DNA of 63,952 nt, the filler included, from Basidiobolus meristosporus CBS 931.73 (lineage: Eukaryota; Fungi; Basidiobolomycota), in assembly GCA_002104905.1 (NCBI GenBank). It is 3 parts of 3 records of this genome, joined end to end, with 100 filler letters (N's around TTAATTAATTAA, not from the genome) between each part and the next. Parts side by side here need not be neighbours in the genome. Positions count along the whole stretch, not along the records: positions 47,987 to 63,952 come from MCFE01001138.1; 2 more parts are not named here. The stretch is one strand, 5' to 3'. Positions 48,008 to 61,728 of this stretch are shown piece after piece (within the stretch, counting starts at the first letter, position 1; each line of letters starts with the position of its first letter). A program made the position numbers and the translations under genes. The notes below the pieces were generated by a model. That model saw nothing but the letters and a program-made list of their open reading frames with translations, had not been told where the DNA came from and did not search any database.

Positions 48008-51000
48008 TGTTGCAATATTCTGAGGAGTATTGGAAGTGATGTGGAGAACTAGAAGATTTACATGTTATTCACTTGTAGATTTATTGATCAAAAGTATAGT
48101 ATTTATACTTTTGATAAAGTAGAGGAAACAAACGTGTAGAGTTTGTTAAGGAAGGTCCCAAGAATATGTGTGCAAAGTTTGGGGTCTTTTGGACGACTTT
48201 GAGAAAAATAATAATCTGGGTACCTGACAATTTGGTGAAAATATTCTAAGTAAATCCCGACAAGAAATCTAGTCAGGACAGAATGCTAATCACAGAATAA
48301 GATCTATGCGACTAAGTTAGCATGAATATTTAGGTGACAATTCAATAATTACAACACTCCCACTCAACAAAATATTCATGAGTAATAAATACATATTGTG
48401 AGTGTGCAATCTGCAATAAGCGTATAAGATTTAACTGTTTTGCATACTGGACTAATATATTATCCAAAGGTGTATGCATTTGTGTTCAACTTAATAGAAC
48501 AAGTAACTTGGAATTCAGTATGCATATCTACTTAGTAATATGCCTAAAAATCTGAATGATCTGATCATAATACTTATCATCAACTTTGATCAGTTGTACG
48601 GGCTTGAATAATAAGCTGAGTCTAATTGACAGATCGTAATAATAGTATATAGCCTCTGGGCTATTCAATGCTTCTTATTTGAGCAAAATTGACCCACTTT
48701 TGGTCAAGTTAAGGTTTTGTCATTTACAGCAGATCTGGAGTTTCCTTATTTCTGGCCAACAGTCTAATCCATTTAGACAACTTCACTGTGTGTCCATATT
48801 AGGCTCAGGGACAGTTACTTCCATCATATAGATGCTATATGAGGTAAAAAATAGTGACCTACTTTGGGTCAAGTTAAGGTTTTGTCATTTACGCCTGATC
48901 CGGATTATCCTTGTTTCCTGGCACTGTGGCACATATAACATGGCCAAAAAAAGAAGGTTTTTGCTCAACTCTGAGCTGGGATGGCCTGCTCCCACTTGAA
49001 CCACGTCTGTTTAGTGATTCAGATCCACAAATATGATCTAGAATGGTCATCTTTGTCTTCTTTAAATAGCAATAACTTTCTTTGGACTGATTACTTCATA
49101 TGCGGTAGATTCAAAGTCCATTTGCTTCTTGATTTACCCAGTTTGGTATTGGACAACACCATGGGTTGTTTGGTAGCTATTCTTAGAGTGCTTCTACTGA
49201 TTTGGATTGATACAGCTGCTTTTGTCTTATCAGAATATACTTGTAGAATAGAGATTGGCGCTTTTCCAGAAGTGAGATTCTCCTTAACAAGGGCTTTGAT
49301 TATCCTTATTCTCCTGATAGTTATTTTCAACCTTGAGCTCGGTTTCCAAGGCTAACTGATCTTCTCAGTGTCTTCAGAATCCATAAAAAAACCATCTGGT
49401 TGATCCTTGCACCTTTTTCTTTCAGCTCCATAGACAGCAGACATCAAGACTTCTGCACTAAATAATCTGTTCCAATATATACTACAATATCTAACAGATC
49501 CTGTTGAAGTTTCAAGGCTCTTCTGGGGTTTCTAGCTTGAGAACTTTGTACAAGAGGCTCCATAGAACATATCGGCATTGCCAGATAGTCCAAATATGGC
49601 CTACATAAGTTTTGGCACCATTTGGGAAGTACCCTAGTTTGCGGTAGTAGTATTTTCCATTTTTTCTTCTTTTCTTTTTCTGCTGATGACCCAGGGATAA
49701 TTCCTTTTGTGGGGTGGTTCTGGACTTCCTTGCAGGTGGGACCACGGTGTTTTTGAGCACAAGAGTCTCCATGACATCATTGTTCCATAATATCTGACTA
49801 TTTGAGAGTGAAATAATCAAAATTGGCATCCACTTAGATCATTCATAACTTTTGATAGAGTTGACCAAATTTGATCAAATAAACTGCATTTGATAGCTAG
49901 CTTCATCAATACTTTGGTATCAGACTCCAATATATCAGTATTTTGAGTTGCAGAACTTGGCGGTGACTTGATCAATCAAAATTCTTTTGATCTGATCCAG
50001 AGAAGTTAAATATCACCAAGTGTTTTCTCCCACTGTAATAAGTGATATATATATAACAAGTATAAAGTACTGTGTTATCTTCTGAGTGGCTCTTAGCTGT
50101 GTACTGACCAACTGTTGCTTGGTTGTATACTCCAATCAGGCTTGCAATTATATGCTTCACTCCTTTGGCTGGCGGTAGAATCTTCATGAGTTGATTTTGC
50201 TAAATTTGTATAATACTTTCTCCCACTGTTTTGAGACTTAAACAGAGTGATAGCACGTCTAACAGCTCCATATTTAGCTCCTGGTACACTGGTTTCAGTA
50301 TCAAAACACTTGATACAATTATAGCATTCTTCTAATGGATTGTGTAGTACATATCCGTACTCCAGGTGGATATATATGTATTATATATCATTGGGATCCT
50401 TACAATTCAGGAAGCTTGTTTCTGAGATCTTTTTCCATCAGTAGATAGTCCAGAATGGTGGCTAACAGCTCCAGTATTTGCATTCTCAGCTGTATTTTGA
50501 GTGGCAACAGATTTTTGGTAAAATCCTCCTCCGGCAATCATTAATAATGATCTAACTTTTTTTTTTTTTTTTGCAATTCAGGATAATATCCTATCCAAGA
50601 GCTCGTCTAACAGTCAATTGGGGTCATATGAATACATATTGCAGTATATTTCATTGTAGATCTGGACCCTCAATTGCTGGAATTACTCAATTTTCTTCAG
50701 TAGTGGTAGAGCACCAACATACTATATTTCTTGACACAATTACATGCCAGTTTGATTGACTCTTCTTCATAACTAACTTGGATAGTTACTGAAGGCATCT
50801 TTTGAAGGCAAGGCCTTCTTCTCCACAGCAATATCCTCATAAACATAGTCCTTTAGCAGCGGTAGTCTTCTTTAACCTAAGCAGAGCAATAGTGCGGAAA
50901 GTCTTTCTCCAGACTAGCAGAAAAGGATCCAAAGCATAGTAGACACCAAGAGGACAGCAAGCTCGGGGCTCATAACCTGTTGCAATATTCTGAGGAGTAT

Positions 51001-51326
51001 TGGAAGTGATGTGGAGAACTAGAAGATTTACATGTTATTCACTTGTAGATTTATTGATCAAAAGTATAGTATTTATACTTTTGATAAAGTAGAGGAAACA
51101 AACGTGTAGAGTTTGTTAAGGAAGGTCCCAAGAATATGTGTGCAAAGTTTGGGGTCTTTTGGACGACTTTGAGAAAAATAATAATCTGGGTACCTGACAA
51201 TTTGGTGAAAATATTCTAAGTAAATCCCGACAAGAAATCTAGTCAGGACAGAATGCTAATCACAGAATAAGATCTATGCGACTAAGTTAGCATGAATATT
51301 TAGGTGACAATTCAATAATTACAACA
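48008..51326 (-). mobile_element. Non-autonomous Copia-derived LTR element (LARD/TRIM-like), recent insertion
   Basis: 349-bp LTRs at 48008-48356 and 50978-51326 with no differences seen; 5-bp TSD GATCT; PBS GGTTATGAGCCCC and PPT GTTGAGTGGGAG intact; no intact gag or pol ORF inside. Confidence 0.9.
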
Positions 51327-51695
51327 GATCTATGCTTGGCCATTTAATGTCTAGGATACAACATATGCGTGAAAATGTTGCATCTACTGATATCTAGCAA
51401 CAGTGTCTTGTATTAGTATACCCTTCCCTAATGCCTTCATTATTAAATATGGGAGCAATACATGAATCCAAGCTCTTAGCAAGGTGGTGCTAATTAAAAA
51501 ATTAATAGGATAGTAGCAGAATTGTTAAGGAAAGACTTTGCATTTCTTATTGGAGCAAGTGCTACTGCTATATTGACAGATACAAGTGCTAAAAGCAAGT
51601 GCTTTGTGTTCTCTATATTCAGCATATTCTTGAAATGAGTAAAGGCCTTAATGCTATCATGATTTGAAAGCTTGTCCATCATCCCTCACCCTTTG

Positions 51696-51770
51696 TGTTG
51701 TGGATTTTGTAGCTACACCTAAATACGTACCTAACTTAGTCACTTGCAATATCTCCAAACTCTTACAACA
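51696..51770 (+). repeat. Internally deleted 75-bp mini Copia LTR
   Basis: Keeps the first ~50 nt (TGTTGT...CACCTAAAT...CCTAACTTAGTCACTT) and last ~15 nt (ACTCTTACAACA) of the 35287-35634 LTR. Confidence 0.6.
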
Positions 51771-53381
51771 CTAAATATCTCCTTATTGCATGAGCAATAT
51801 TGCAAGTAATTATTGATAAATAATTTGTATAGGGTATTCTAAGACTCACATCAAATAGTCTAGGCAACAAGCTAATGAAATAACTAAGTGTAATTATAGA
51901 GGTGTACAACAGTAGGTACCAGCGGCAACTAACATTAGTGTGCAAGCTTTGCCTTATATGCCAGCAGCATGTGCTTACTTCTCAAATGAGATGTTATAAA
52001 CCTACCTTCAGTTCTTCAATCATCAGCCATATACAAAGTTTCAGCAGAATTATTGTGAGATAAAGTTTACTTCAATGCAGTGAGAATAAATTCTTGCTAG
52101 AGTTATTTAGTCTACCTCTTGTATTTTCCATGTAGCAAGCCAGTTGCAAAATGATGAGTTAGTTTTTTGCAGCATAGTTTCCAATAACCACATATTGAAT
52201 TCATTGCATGGTGGGTATTTTGAGGTAGTAATTTGGAACTATCAAACAATAGCAAAAAGTTAAGTAGGCCAGAATGCATACTAAAAATATTAAATGCACT
52301 TTGTGTGTATTCAGTTTTTTCGTTGGTGGTAGATCAAATCTAGGATTTTACATGCCAACGGCTTTCTTCCCACTAGTGATCCTAGTATGGTCAACCTGAG
52401 CAAGTAGCATGGAGATACTTCAACAAGCTAAGCTATTCTGCAACTTTATTGCCCAAGAGTTGCAATTGAGCAAACTGTTGGAATATGATGCATGAAACAT
52501 TGAACATGATGTATTTACCACTGTTTTGACTTACTGGTAGTCCCGAAGAGTATGGATGTTGGCTTCGGGTTACGAAGCTGCTTCTGCTCTAACACTACAG
52601 TGTGCAAATTGTTGTTAGATCTACACCACACAATCAAGCTTTATTATGCTCCTCAGTATTGTGGTAGTTGATATATTATGTCGGATGATATAGCAAGGTC
52701 ATTGGCCGACAAACCGCCAATCAAAGAAAAAGCCAGGATTAAACTTTACCAGCCATAAGGAAAGCATCAGTAAGTTATTTCAGGTGCAGATCTCGTGATA
52801 AGATGATGGCATGAAATCATGTGAAAGCCTTGCTTCAATGCCTAGCTTTTGATCGAACACCAAGGAAAGAGTGATGCCCCAACTCCTTATCAGTAATTAG
52901 TCTCCATTTGAACATCGTATTACTTGGTTGGTATTCTGATTGGCGTCCAATGAAAGCGCAAACTTAATGATTAAATATAATCACCTTATTTCATTAAAAG
53001 TGGTACAATTTACCATGGGGTGGGGTAACCCCTCAACAGCTGTTGGTCTCGATTTTTTTTGCTTTAATCGAGGTTCTCTTGTTTTCAAGCCGTTGTTTGG
53101 TTTTGGAGGACTATCTTATATTTACTTCTTGAATAGATTCTACTTCCACGCCTCTATTCTACGTTACCAATTTCACATATCTGCTGGTGCTTTATTGTAT
53201 TCGTATAGGTAAATATATGTATTCTATGTTATGCTTGGTTGGCTTTCCTCCCTCCTCTTATGCCGAAGCTGAGGGTTGGTACTAGCACTTTGTCACCATC
53301 TCGGGCCACTTTCCTCTCTCATCTGTGTTCATTAGCTATAGTTCTTGTTGTTAACCCTTTATCGTCTTCGTCTAGAACAAG

Positions 53382-56185
53382 ATGTCTGCTATTACTGATA
53401 AAGAGCAAATCGAAAACCCCATCTCCAACCAAGATGAGGTTGTAGTCGCTGGTGTTCCAGATGTTGCCGAGGAATCCGGCAACGCATCAAAGAATAAGAA
53501 GAAGAAGAACAAGAAGAAGAAGAAGAAGAATGCTATTGACACCGCCACAACTCAAGAGGACACCTCAGCCCCCAACACCCCTACCACTGAACAACAGCCT
53601 GAAATACTCGCTGGTAAGTTTTTACTAGCGATCTTTGTCGACTGAATGGAGTAACTTAGCCTGTTGGTTGAAATCAAATAGATCAAGGTCTTGTAGAAGA
53701 TTCCAAAGTAGATCTTGAAAACGAAAAGTTCCAAACTTTAGTCGAGCCAGAGGTCGAGCCCGAACTACCTGCGGTAGAGAAGGTTCAGGAGGAAGCCAGT
53801 CAATTAGAGACTCCCAACAAAGTGGAGCAAAATGAACTTGAAGTTTTACCTCTTGTCGAGGAAACCCCTAAAGCTGAGGAAAAGAAGGAGGAAGTTGTCG
53901 CAGATGCTGCTGTGCCAGCTAAGGAGGAGACTGTCGATGTCGTAGAGCCCACAGAAGAAAAAGCTGCTGAAGTAGTTGAATCTACTAAGGAAGAGGTTGC
54001 TGAAACTGTCGAATCCGCCAAAGAAGTCCCTGAAGAAAAGGCTATCGAGACAGTAGAGACCACCAAAGAAGAAGTCGCAGTGGTTGCTGAAAACACCCAA
54101 GAAAAGGCTACTGAGATCGTTGAGGCCACAGCTGAAACTGTCGAGCCTGTCAAGGAGGAGGTCACTGAAGTTGCTGAAGCCACTGAAGAGAAGGCTGCTG
54201 AGACCGTACAGGCTGCCAAGGAGGAGGTTGTTGAAGTTGCTGAAGCTACTCAGGAGAAGGCTGCTGAAGCTACAGAGGTCGCTGCTGAGACTGTCGAGGC
54301 TGTCAAGGAAGAGGTTGCTGAAGTTACAGAGGCCACTGAGGAGAAGGCTACTGAAGCTACCGAGGTCGCTGCTGAGACTGTCGAGCCTGTCAAAGAGAAG
54401 ATCACTGAAGTTACTGAAGCTACTCAAGAAAAGGCTGCTGAAGTTGCTGAAACCACCCAAGAGAAGGCTGCTGAGGCTACAGAGGTCGCTGCCGAAACCG
54501 TTGAATCTGCCAAGGAAGAGGCTGCCGAAGTTGTTGAGGCTACTCAAGAGAAGGCTGCTGAGACTGTCGAGACTGCCAAGGAGGAGGTCGCTGAAGTTGC
54601 GGAAACCACTCAAGAGAAGGCTGCTGAGGTTGCTGAGGCTTCTGCTGAGACTGTGAAGGCAGCCAAGGAGGAGGTTGCTGAAGTTGCTGAAACCACTCAA
54701 GAGAAGGCTGCAGAGTCTGTCGAATCTGCTAAAGAACAAGTTGTTGAGGTTGCTGAAGCCACTCAAGAGAAGGCTGCTGAGACTGTCGAGGCTGCCAAGG
54801 AAGAGGTTGTTGAGGTTACTGAGGCCACACAAGAGAAGACTGCTGAAGCTGCTGAGGTCGTTGCCGAAACTGTTAAGGCTGCCAAGGAAGAGGCTGCCGA
54901 AGTTGCTGAAACCACTGAGGAGAAGGCTACCGAGACCGTTGAGGTTGCTGCTGAGACCGTCGAGGCTGCCAAGGAGGAGGTCGTCGAAGTTGCTAAAGCT
55001 ACTCAAGAAAAGGCTGCTGAAGTTGCTGAAACCACCCAAGAGAAGGCTACTGAAGCTACAGAGGTCGCTGCCGAAACCGTTGAATCTGCCAAGGAAGAAG
55101 CTGCCGAAGTTGTTGAGGCTACTCAAGAGAAGGCTGCTGAGACTGTCGAGGCTGCCAAGGAGGAGATCGTTGAAGTTGCTGAAACTGCTCAAGAGAAGGC
55201 TGCTGAAGCTACACAGGTCGCTGCCGAAACTGTTGAATCTGCCAAGGAAGAGGTTGCCGAAGTTGTTGAGGCTACTCAAGAGAAGGCTGCTGAGGCTGTT
55301 GAGGTTGCCAAGGAGGAGGCCGTTGAAGTTGCTGAAGCCACTCAAAATAAGGCTGCTGAAGTCGCTACAGCTGTCGCTGAAGTAGCTGAGGCTGCACAAG
55401 AGAAGGCTGCTGAGACTGTAGAGGCCGTGAAAGAAGTGGCTGCTGAAGTTGTTGAAACTGTTGCTGAAACTGTCGAACCTGTCAAGGAAAAGGCTGTCGA
55501 AGTTGCCGAAGCCGCTCAAGAGAAGGTTGCTGAAGCTATCGAAGCCCCTGTAGCTCCTGTTGAGCCTTCGCAAGAAATCAGTACTGCCGATGTGGAGGCA
55601 CCCAAGGAAGTTACTCCTGAAGCCCCTGTCGCCGTTGAGCAAATTACTCAGGCTGTTGACGAAATCAACCAGAAGGTCGCTGATATTGTCCAACCTTATG
55701 TGGAACAAGCCAGTGAAGCTCTCGAGCCAATTCTCAACAAGACTACCGAGGTCTCTGCACAAGCAGTTGAATCTATCCAGTCGGCTGTTGGTGAGATTGT
55801 TAGCACAGTCACTCAAAACTCTCCCGAGGAGAAGGCAGCAAGCGAAGTCACTGAGGTTCCCATCGTAGCTGTTGAGGAACCAGAGGCCAAGGGAAAGCAG
55901 CCTCTTGATGCCACTGTTTCGGAGGAGGATATTCAAGCCAAGATCGCTGAAGCCGTTGAATCCATCAAGTCCCCAGCAGAAACCGTCCCACCCAAGGCAG
56001 CCACCTTAACAGCGAAGCAACTTCGCCACCTCCAAGAGACTGACGCACAAGCCAGACCCTCTTCAATGGTTGAAACTTCCCGCAAGGATGCCAAGGAGCG
56101 CCCCTACTCCGTAGCATCTACATCGGCCCTTTCTGATCACAAGGCAACCCCCGAGAAGAAGAAGAGCATGTGCATCGTCTGCTAA
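53382..56185 (+). CDS. Large acidic Glu/Ala/Val/Thr-repeat protein with C-terminal CaaX-like motif (2 exons)
   Basis: Exon 1 MSAITDKEQ...PEILA then GTAAG intron; exon 2 open to 56185; repeats such as EVAEATQEKAA/ETVEAAKEEVV; ends KKKSMCIVC*. Confidence 0.8.
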
Positions 56186-56907
56186 GCACGCCACCATTCA
56201 ACCACAACCATTTCCCGAATCTCGTTTAATTGCTCTATTCAAACGCGTCCTCTTTATCACTTATTTTGCCAACATAATATTTATTCTGGATTCCCACCCA
56301 CAATACCATACATAAATGCAGCCATTTCCCAAGTTTATCTGTTGCGCAAAGTTGATTTCCTCCATTGTCCACCCATTGCCAGTATGCCTGTAGAATAAAG
56401 TACTTATCCACCACGCATGTGACTTCATTGGCACGGCCATATATGGCTCCAAAATAGATGGATCGCAACGAATCATCTCCATTCAGCATGACTCATTTTC
56501 TGAGCAAATGACAACATCCAGTGGCTTGGTGACAGGCTGCCTACTCCTCTTTACCTTCGATGAAATCGACGTATATGCGCCGGGCTATATGGCCGCCGTT
56601 GGTATTGCTCGCATTGTGGTTGTGCTTCCCGTTGCGGTGAAGTGAGTAGGTGCGCGAGCTATGGCGAGGTCTTGCGCTAGGAAGCATGGCGATGATCACT
56701 AATTGGCTGATTCAACTGCATCTCCGAAATAGTCCATTTCCCAATCCAAAATAGTCCATTTTCGCAACCGATCTGTACGGTTATTCGCCCGGGGATGATT
56801 CCCAAGATTATATCCTATTTCCACATTCGCCAAAGCGGTTGACCATCCTCTTATCAACGCACTTCCTTGCGCTAGTAGAGTGGCCTTTGTTTAGAACGAG
56901 ATACAGC

Positions 56908-59287
56908 ATGAAGGTTACCAGTAGAATTCAGCAGGCCCTTGAGGAAAAGCGTCCCTTCTGGTCTTTCGAATACTTCCCGCCCAAGACGGATGAGGTAAGA
57001 TTCCTGTAGCCATTTCCACCGTCATTACCACTTCACGGAGCCCAAGTCCTCACCTCCTGCACTTAGGGTGTTGAGAATCTTTTCGAACGTATTCAGCGCA
57101 TGTCGGGGTTGAATCCGGAGTTCATCGATGTCACTTGGGGCGCAGGCGGCTCGACTTCTGATAGAACCTTGGAGATTTGCACCACCGCACAGGCGTACCA
57201 GAATCTGGAAACGTGCATGCACCTAACCTGCACGAACATGACCAAGAGTAAGATAGACTTTGCTCTCAAGGTGAGGTTTGGCTTCTTCATATCCCCACAG
57301 TTCCTCGATCTAAACTCCCGCTCCACTAGGAAGCCAAAGCCGCTGGGATACAGAACATTCTGGCCTTGAGAGGAGGTAACCTACACATATGGTATGGAGG
57401 AGTCCAAGAACGACAGACTAATTCCAGCTCCAGATCCCCCTCGGAACCATGAATATGCCAACGAGTGCGAGACTCAGTTCAGATATGCCTTCGACCTGGT
57501 CAGTTACATTCGCCAGGAACATGGGGATTACTTCTGCATCGGCGTCGCTGGTAAATAGGGAAGTTTTTGGGTTTCATGTGGATGGTTATTGAGCGAGTTG
57601 GTAGGTTATCCCGAGGGGCAGCCCGAGTCCGAGAGCAAGGAAAAAGACCTCGAGTATCTAAAGCTGAAGGTGGACGCTGGAAGCGATTTTGTGATGTCCC
57701 AAATCTTTTTCGACCCGCGGCTGTTCTTGAGATTTGTCGAGGACTGTCGTGCGATCGGTAAGTGGATCGACCATGCATTGCTCCGCGCCAGATCTTCTAA
57801 TCTTCTCGCCAACAACCAGGCATCACGGTCCCGATCCTCCCCGGCATCATGCCTATCCAGACCTACACCAGCTTCCGTCGACTGACCAACCTATGTCAAA
57901 TTGAGGTGCCGACGCAAATCTTGGAGACCCTGGAGTCCATCAAGGTTTCACGCTTGCCAACTCGCCTGCATTTCTGGACAGATACTGACTAGTTGCCACT
58001 ACAGCATGACGACCAAGCAGTCAAGGAGTACGGGGTGAAGCTTTGCATAGAAATGATACAGGAGCTGCGTAAAGGCGGGGTGAACGGATTCCACTTCTGC
58101 ACTCTGAATCTGGAGAGGTCGGTCAGGTTGATTCTGGAGGGCTGCGGGTTCGTCAGCAAGCAGCTCACCAAGATAGATGGCCTACCAAAGGTATTCCGAT
58201 GCTCCCACCGAATCCGATGATCCCACCCGCTTACCGTAATTTTAGCAGGAGAACGGCCACACAGCGCCGATTCAGCCCACCGTGCTTGAGGGGATCATTA
58301 TGCAAAACGAGAGTTGGGATGAGTTCCCCAACGGTAGATGGGGAGACTCGCGTTCACCTGGTACGTTGCCTATTTCATTCGAATGCCACGCCACACGACT
58401 AATGGTATCGCGCTACGCTACTGCAGCCTATGGTGAAATGGATGGTTACGGTGCATCTCTGAAAGTCACAGTATGTTGGCTCCATTGCGTTGTGAGCGAT
58501 CCCCTGCCCAACTAATCACCTTCCTAGATGCAAGAAGCTATTGCACTCTGGGGATACCCTGTTGACAACGACGACATCTCCGCACTGTTCTCCAAATACA
58601 TCCAAGGCCAGCTAAAGGCCCTTCCCTGGTCTGACGAGCCACTATTTGCAGAAACGAACGCCATTGGCGAGAAGCTGGCTGATCTGAACTCCAAGGGATA
58701 TTGGACAGTTGGCAGTCAGCCAGCAGTCAATGGTGTGCGCAGCAATGACCCGGTGTTCGGCTGGGGTCCCAAGAACGGATACATCTATCAAAAGGTCAGT
58801 CTTCCTGCTGCTATGTTGCGCTTCAAGCACATCTGCTCACACAGCCCCTCAGGCATTCCTCGAGTTCTTCACCTCACCTGAGAAACTGGCCGAGCTTCTT
58901 GCAAAGGCGGCAAGCAACCCATTCATCACGTTCTATGCACAAAACACAAAGGTAACGAAGCTGCGGCTGCTGTGAATGCTGGTACGCAAGGCTAACACAC
59001 CACCGTAGGGCGATTTCAAGACGAACGTCGAGCTGGAAGAGCCGAATGCCGTCACCTGGGGAGTCTTCCCTAGCAGAGAGATTGCCCAGCCAACGGTGAT
59101 AGAAAGGGGCAGTTTTGAGGCATGGGCCGAGGAGGCGTTCCAGATTTGGAATGAGTGGAAAATGATCTATCCACCACAAAGCCCGTCGGCCAAGCTGATC
59201 CAAGAAATCGGCGACACCTACTACCTGGTGAATATCGTCCATAATGATTTCCAGAACGCCGATGCCATCTTCGCCCTCTTTCAGTAA
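56908..59287 (+). CDS. MET13: Methylenetetrahydrofolate reductase (multi-exon; MET12 vs MET13 not resolved)
   Basis: FWSFEYFPPKT, FIDVTWGAGGS, MHLTCTN, VGYPEG, LKVDAG, WDEFPNGRWGDSRSP, VFGWGPKNGYIYQK, NAVTWGVFP. Confidence 0.9.
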
Positions 59288-59494
59288 CGGCCTCACACAA
59301 CACGCACTACATCAAATCACCACCACCACCACAGACTCTAATGCTTCTAAATAAATCATGCATTCACTCAGCGATCACGCACAGAAGGGACAGGTTTTAT
59401 TTACGCCGACCATAGATTAGAGTGGACGCGTTGTAGTATAGGTCGGCTTGGTGGGAAAACAAAGGGCAGTTGGGGTAATATACATCGGGGTCGC

Positions 59495-61728
59495 TCAGCA
59501 GCTTGTCAATGCCTGTGACCAGAGGGATTGAGCTTTGGCAAAATCAAAGTGTTCCACACTTGGCCCCTCCAGATAGACAAGCATCTGCATGGCGATTGCT
59601 TTGACATCTGGTTTGTTTCCGCTCGCCTCGGGCCTCTGCTTTGTCTTTTTGGTACGGTTGTGATAGGCGAAGCCGACCTCACACTCCATCATCGAGGTGG
59701 GCAGTGACAGCAGCCTCTCCATCAACTTGACCGTCTCGGGGTATCTCAAGCGAAAGCTGTTCTCGGTGAGAACGTTCTTGCACATCGCGTCGAACGAAGT
59801 GTTTGCATAGGAGCATGCGATGTGTGTGCGGAAGATGAGGAACTCCCTCTTGAATTCGAACGGATCCACCACGTTCCTGTGGCTCTGCCCGGCTGCATCC
59901 AGTCGATCCTTACCGAAATATTGCACCAATATGGCGCATTCGGTGTTTCCGAAATTCTCCAAGCTGTTGATGTTTGCCGGATACGCTCGCGGATCAAGGA
60001 TGGAGAAAGCCGACCAGATCTCCGTCTCTGGAAATCGAACCTCTAGGCTCTTCACCAGCGCCGATGCGTACAGCTTCGCCATGCTCTCCATCAATACCAG
60101 CTCCTCCGCATCCCCGCCCTCTATCGAGCCTAGGAATTCGGGGAGGAACACGCCGCCAACCGAATTTCCCAGGTAGATGGAGCGAATCATGTAGATGGTG
60201 GACTGCACTTGCTGCCGGATCTCCGTCGACGAAACCGATTGGCTCATGAACACCTTGTTCAGCACCTTGACACACGACAATATATCCACCAGGAAGAACA
60301 GCGTGTACTGGAACTGAAGGCTGGACACGATGTCCAGAAGATGGCTGGCTTGGCGGTCCTCCTTGGCGCTCTCTTCCAGGCAGCTCACCACCATACTCAG
60401 TGATCGGGCCACGTTTTCTATCGCGTTCGAGGACAACAGCCAGTAGGGGCTAGATATCTCCAACACATCCGCCTCGTTCTCCGCCCCCTGCGGCTGAGAT
60501 AGCTTCAGCTCGCTCATGCGCGTAGGGAACCTAGCCAGGTAGCTGAAGAGTGCTTTCATGTCCGACTCGAACTGCTTGACTTGTGGGGCGGCTTCGGCGG
60601 CGTCCTGTGCGATCAGTGAGAGCCCATGGATGATGGAGTGCACCGAGAGCATGAAAGGAGACTGCCGCCTGAGTATCTCGGCAACTCCGGACTCCTTCAT
60701 CACCACGTGGGAGCCGTTGCTTGCTAGACCAACCAGCTTCTCGATCTCGATGTTCTTCTCTCTCAGGTAGGTCAGGATGGCCTCGGAGATTGAGTTCTCG
60801 TCCACACTGGCCACCTCGATGATGTCCAGGAACCGCGTTTCGGCCGAGCCATTGACCACGTATTTGACGTAGAGGAAGAAGTAGTTTTCAAAATCACTTG
60901 GCTGGTCCAGCAGAATGGAGAAGGTGCGGCTACTCCGTAATTTCGACAGGATCTCCTCCTCGATCACCTGTGACAGCACCCGGAGGTATCTCTTGGAATC
61001 GTTCATTTGCTCCTCGGGGATCTCAACTCGATTGCTGTTGAACAGGCTGAAGTGAAAATTTATAAACTCTCCGATATTGTTGAATTCCTGCAACGGATGG
61101 TTGTTCTTGACCAGGTGATACACTGAGCGGAGCGCGTACTCCACCCAATTGATAGACTTTTTCGGAGTCTCCTGGTGCAGCTCCGGGGAACCTAAACTGG
61201 GCGAGAGTTGTATGCTGTGCACGTTAGGTGCAATGTGTCGGGCGTTGGCGATGTTGGCGACAAATGCCTGGTCGAACGAACTGGAAACCGACGAGAGTTA
61301 GTAAGCGTGCAACACTCCTCATCCGAACCAACTTACCGCTTGGATATAGGGCTTTGAAGGTACCGGTCATCCGGCAACGATACCGCTAGGTTGGTTTGGA
61401 TCTCGCTAGAGAAATGCGTCGTTGGAGAGATGGCGGGGGCAAAATTTTGGCTGTTTGAGAGGATGGTGGGGCCGGTGGCAGCACTGTGAAACTGATCGAG
61501 CGCCGCCTTGTGGTCGTTACTTATCGCGTGCTCCTGTATGGCGCTTCTCTTCAAACGAGTGCATCCTTTGGTGAACTTGTTTCGCTTGTTACCTTGTATA
61601 CAAAGGGTGCACAGCAAAGCGCCGCCCTGGGGACTGTCGCTACGGCCTAGCCAGTTGAAGTCCTTGGACCACTTTTTGTACAGTCTATCGAACTTGTTGG
61701 CTGCATCATCGGCATCAGACTCGCTCAT
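59495..61728 (-). CDS. hAT-transposase-derived protein (TTF-type Zn finger + DUF4371-like + hAT dimerisation; ZNF862/C17orf113-like), 2 exons
   Basis: Exon 1 WSKDFNWL...LLCTLC...F.KG...KRSAIQEHAISNDH; GTAAGT-CAG intron near 61293-61337; exon 2 FSILLDQ, RFLDIIEV, LVGLASNGSHVV, FPETEIWSAFSILDP, LLSLPTSMMECEVGF. Confidence 0.8.

Noticed and set aside
51330-52900. Possible transposase remnants around the mini-LTR
   Set aside because: Only short ambiguous motifs; no family can be assigned.
53846-55936. 696-aa minus-strand Leu/Ser ORF and Leu/Arg/Lys alternative frames
   Set aside because: Shadow frames of the repetitive acidic protein.
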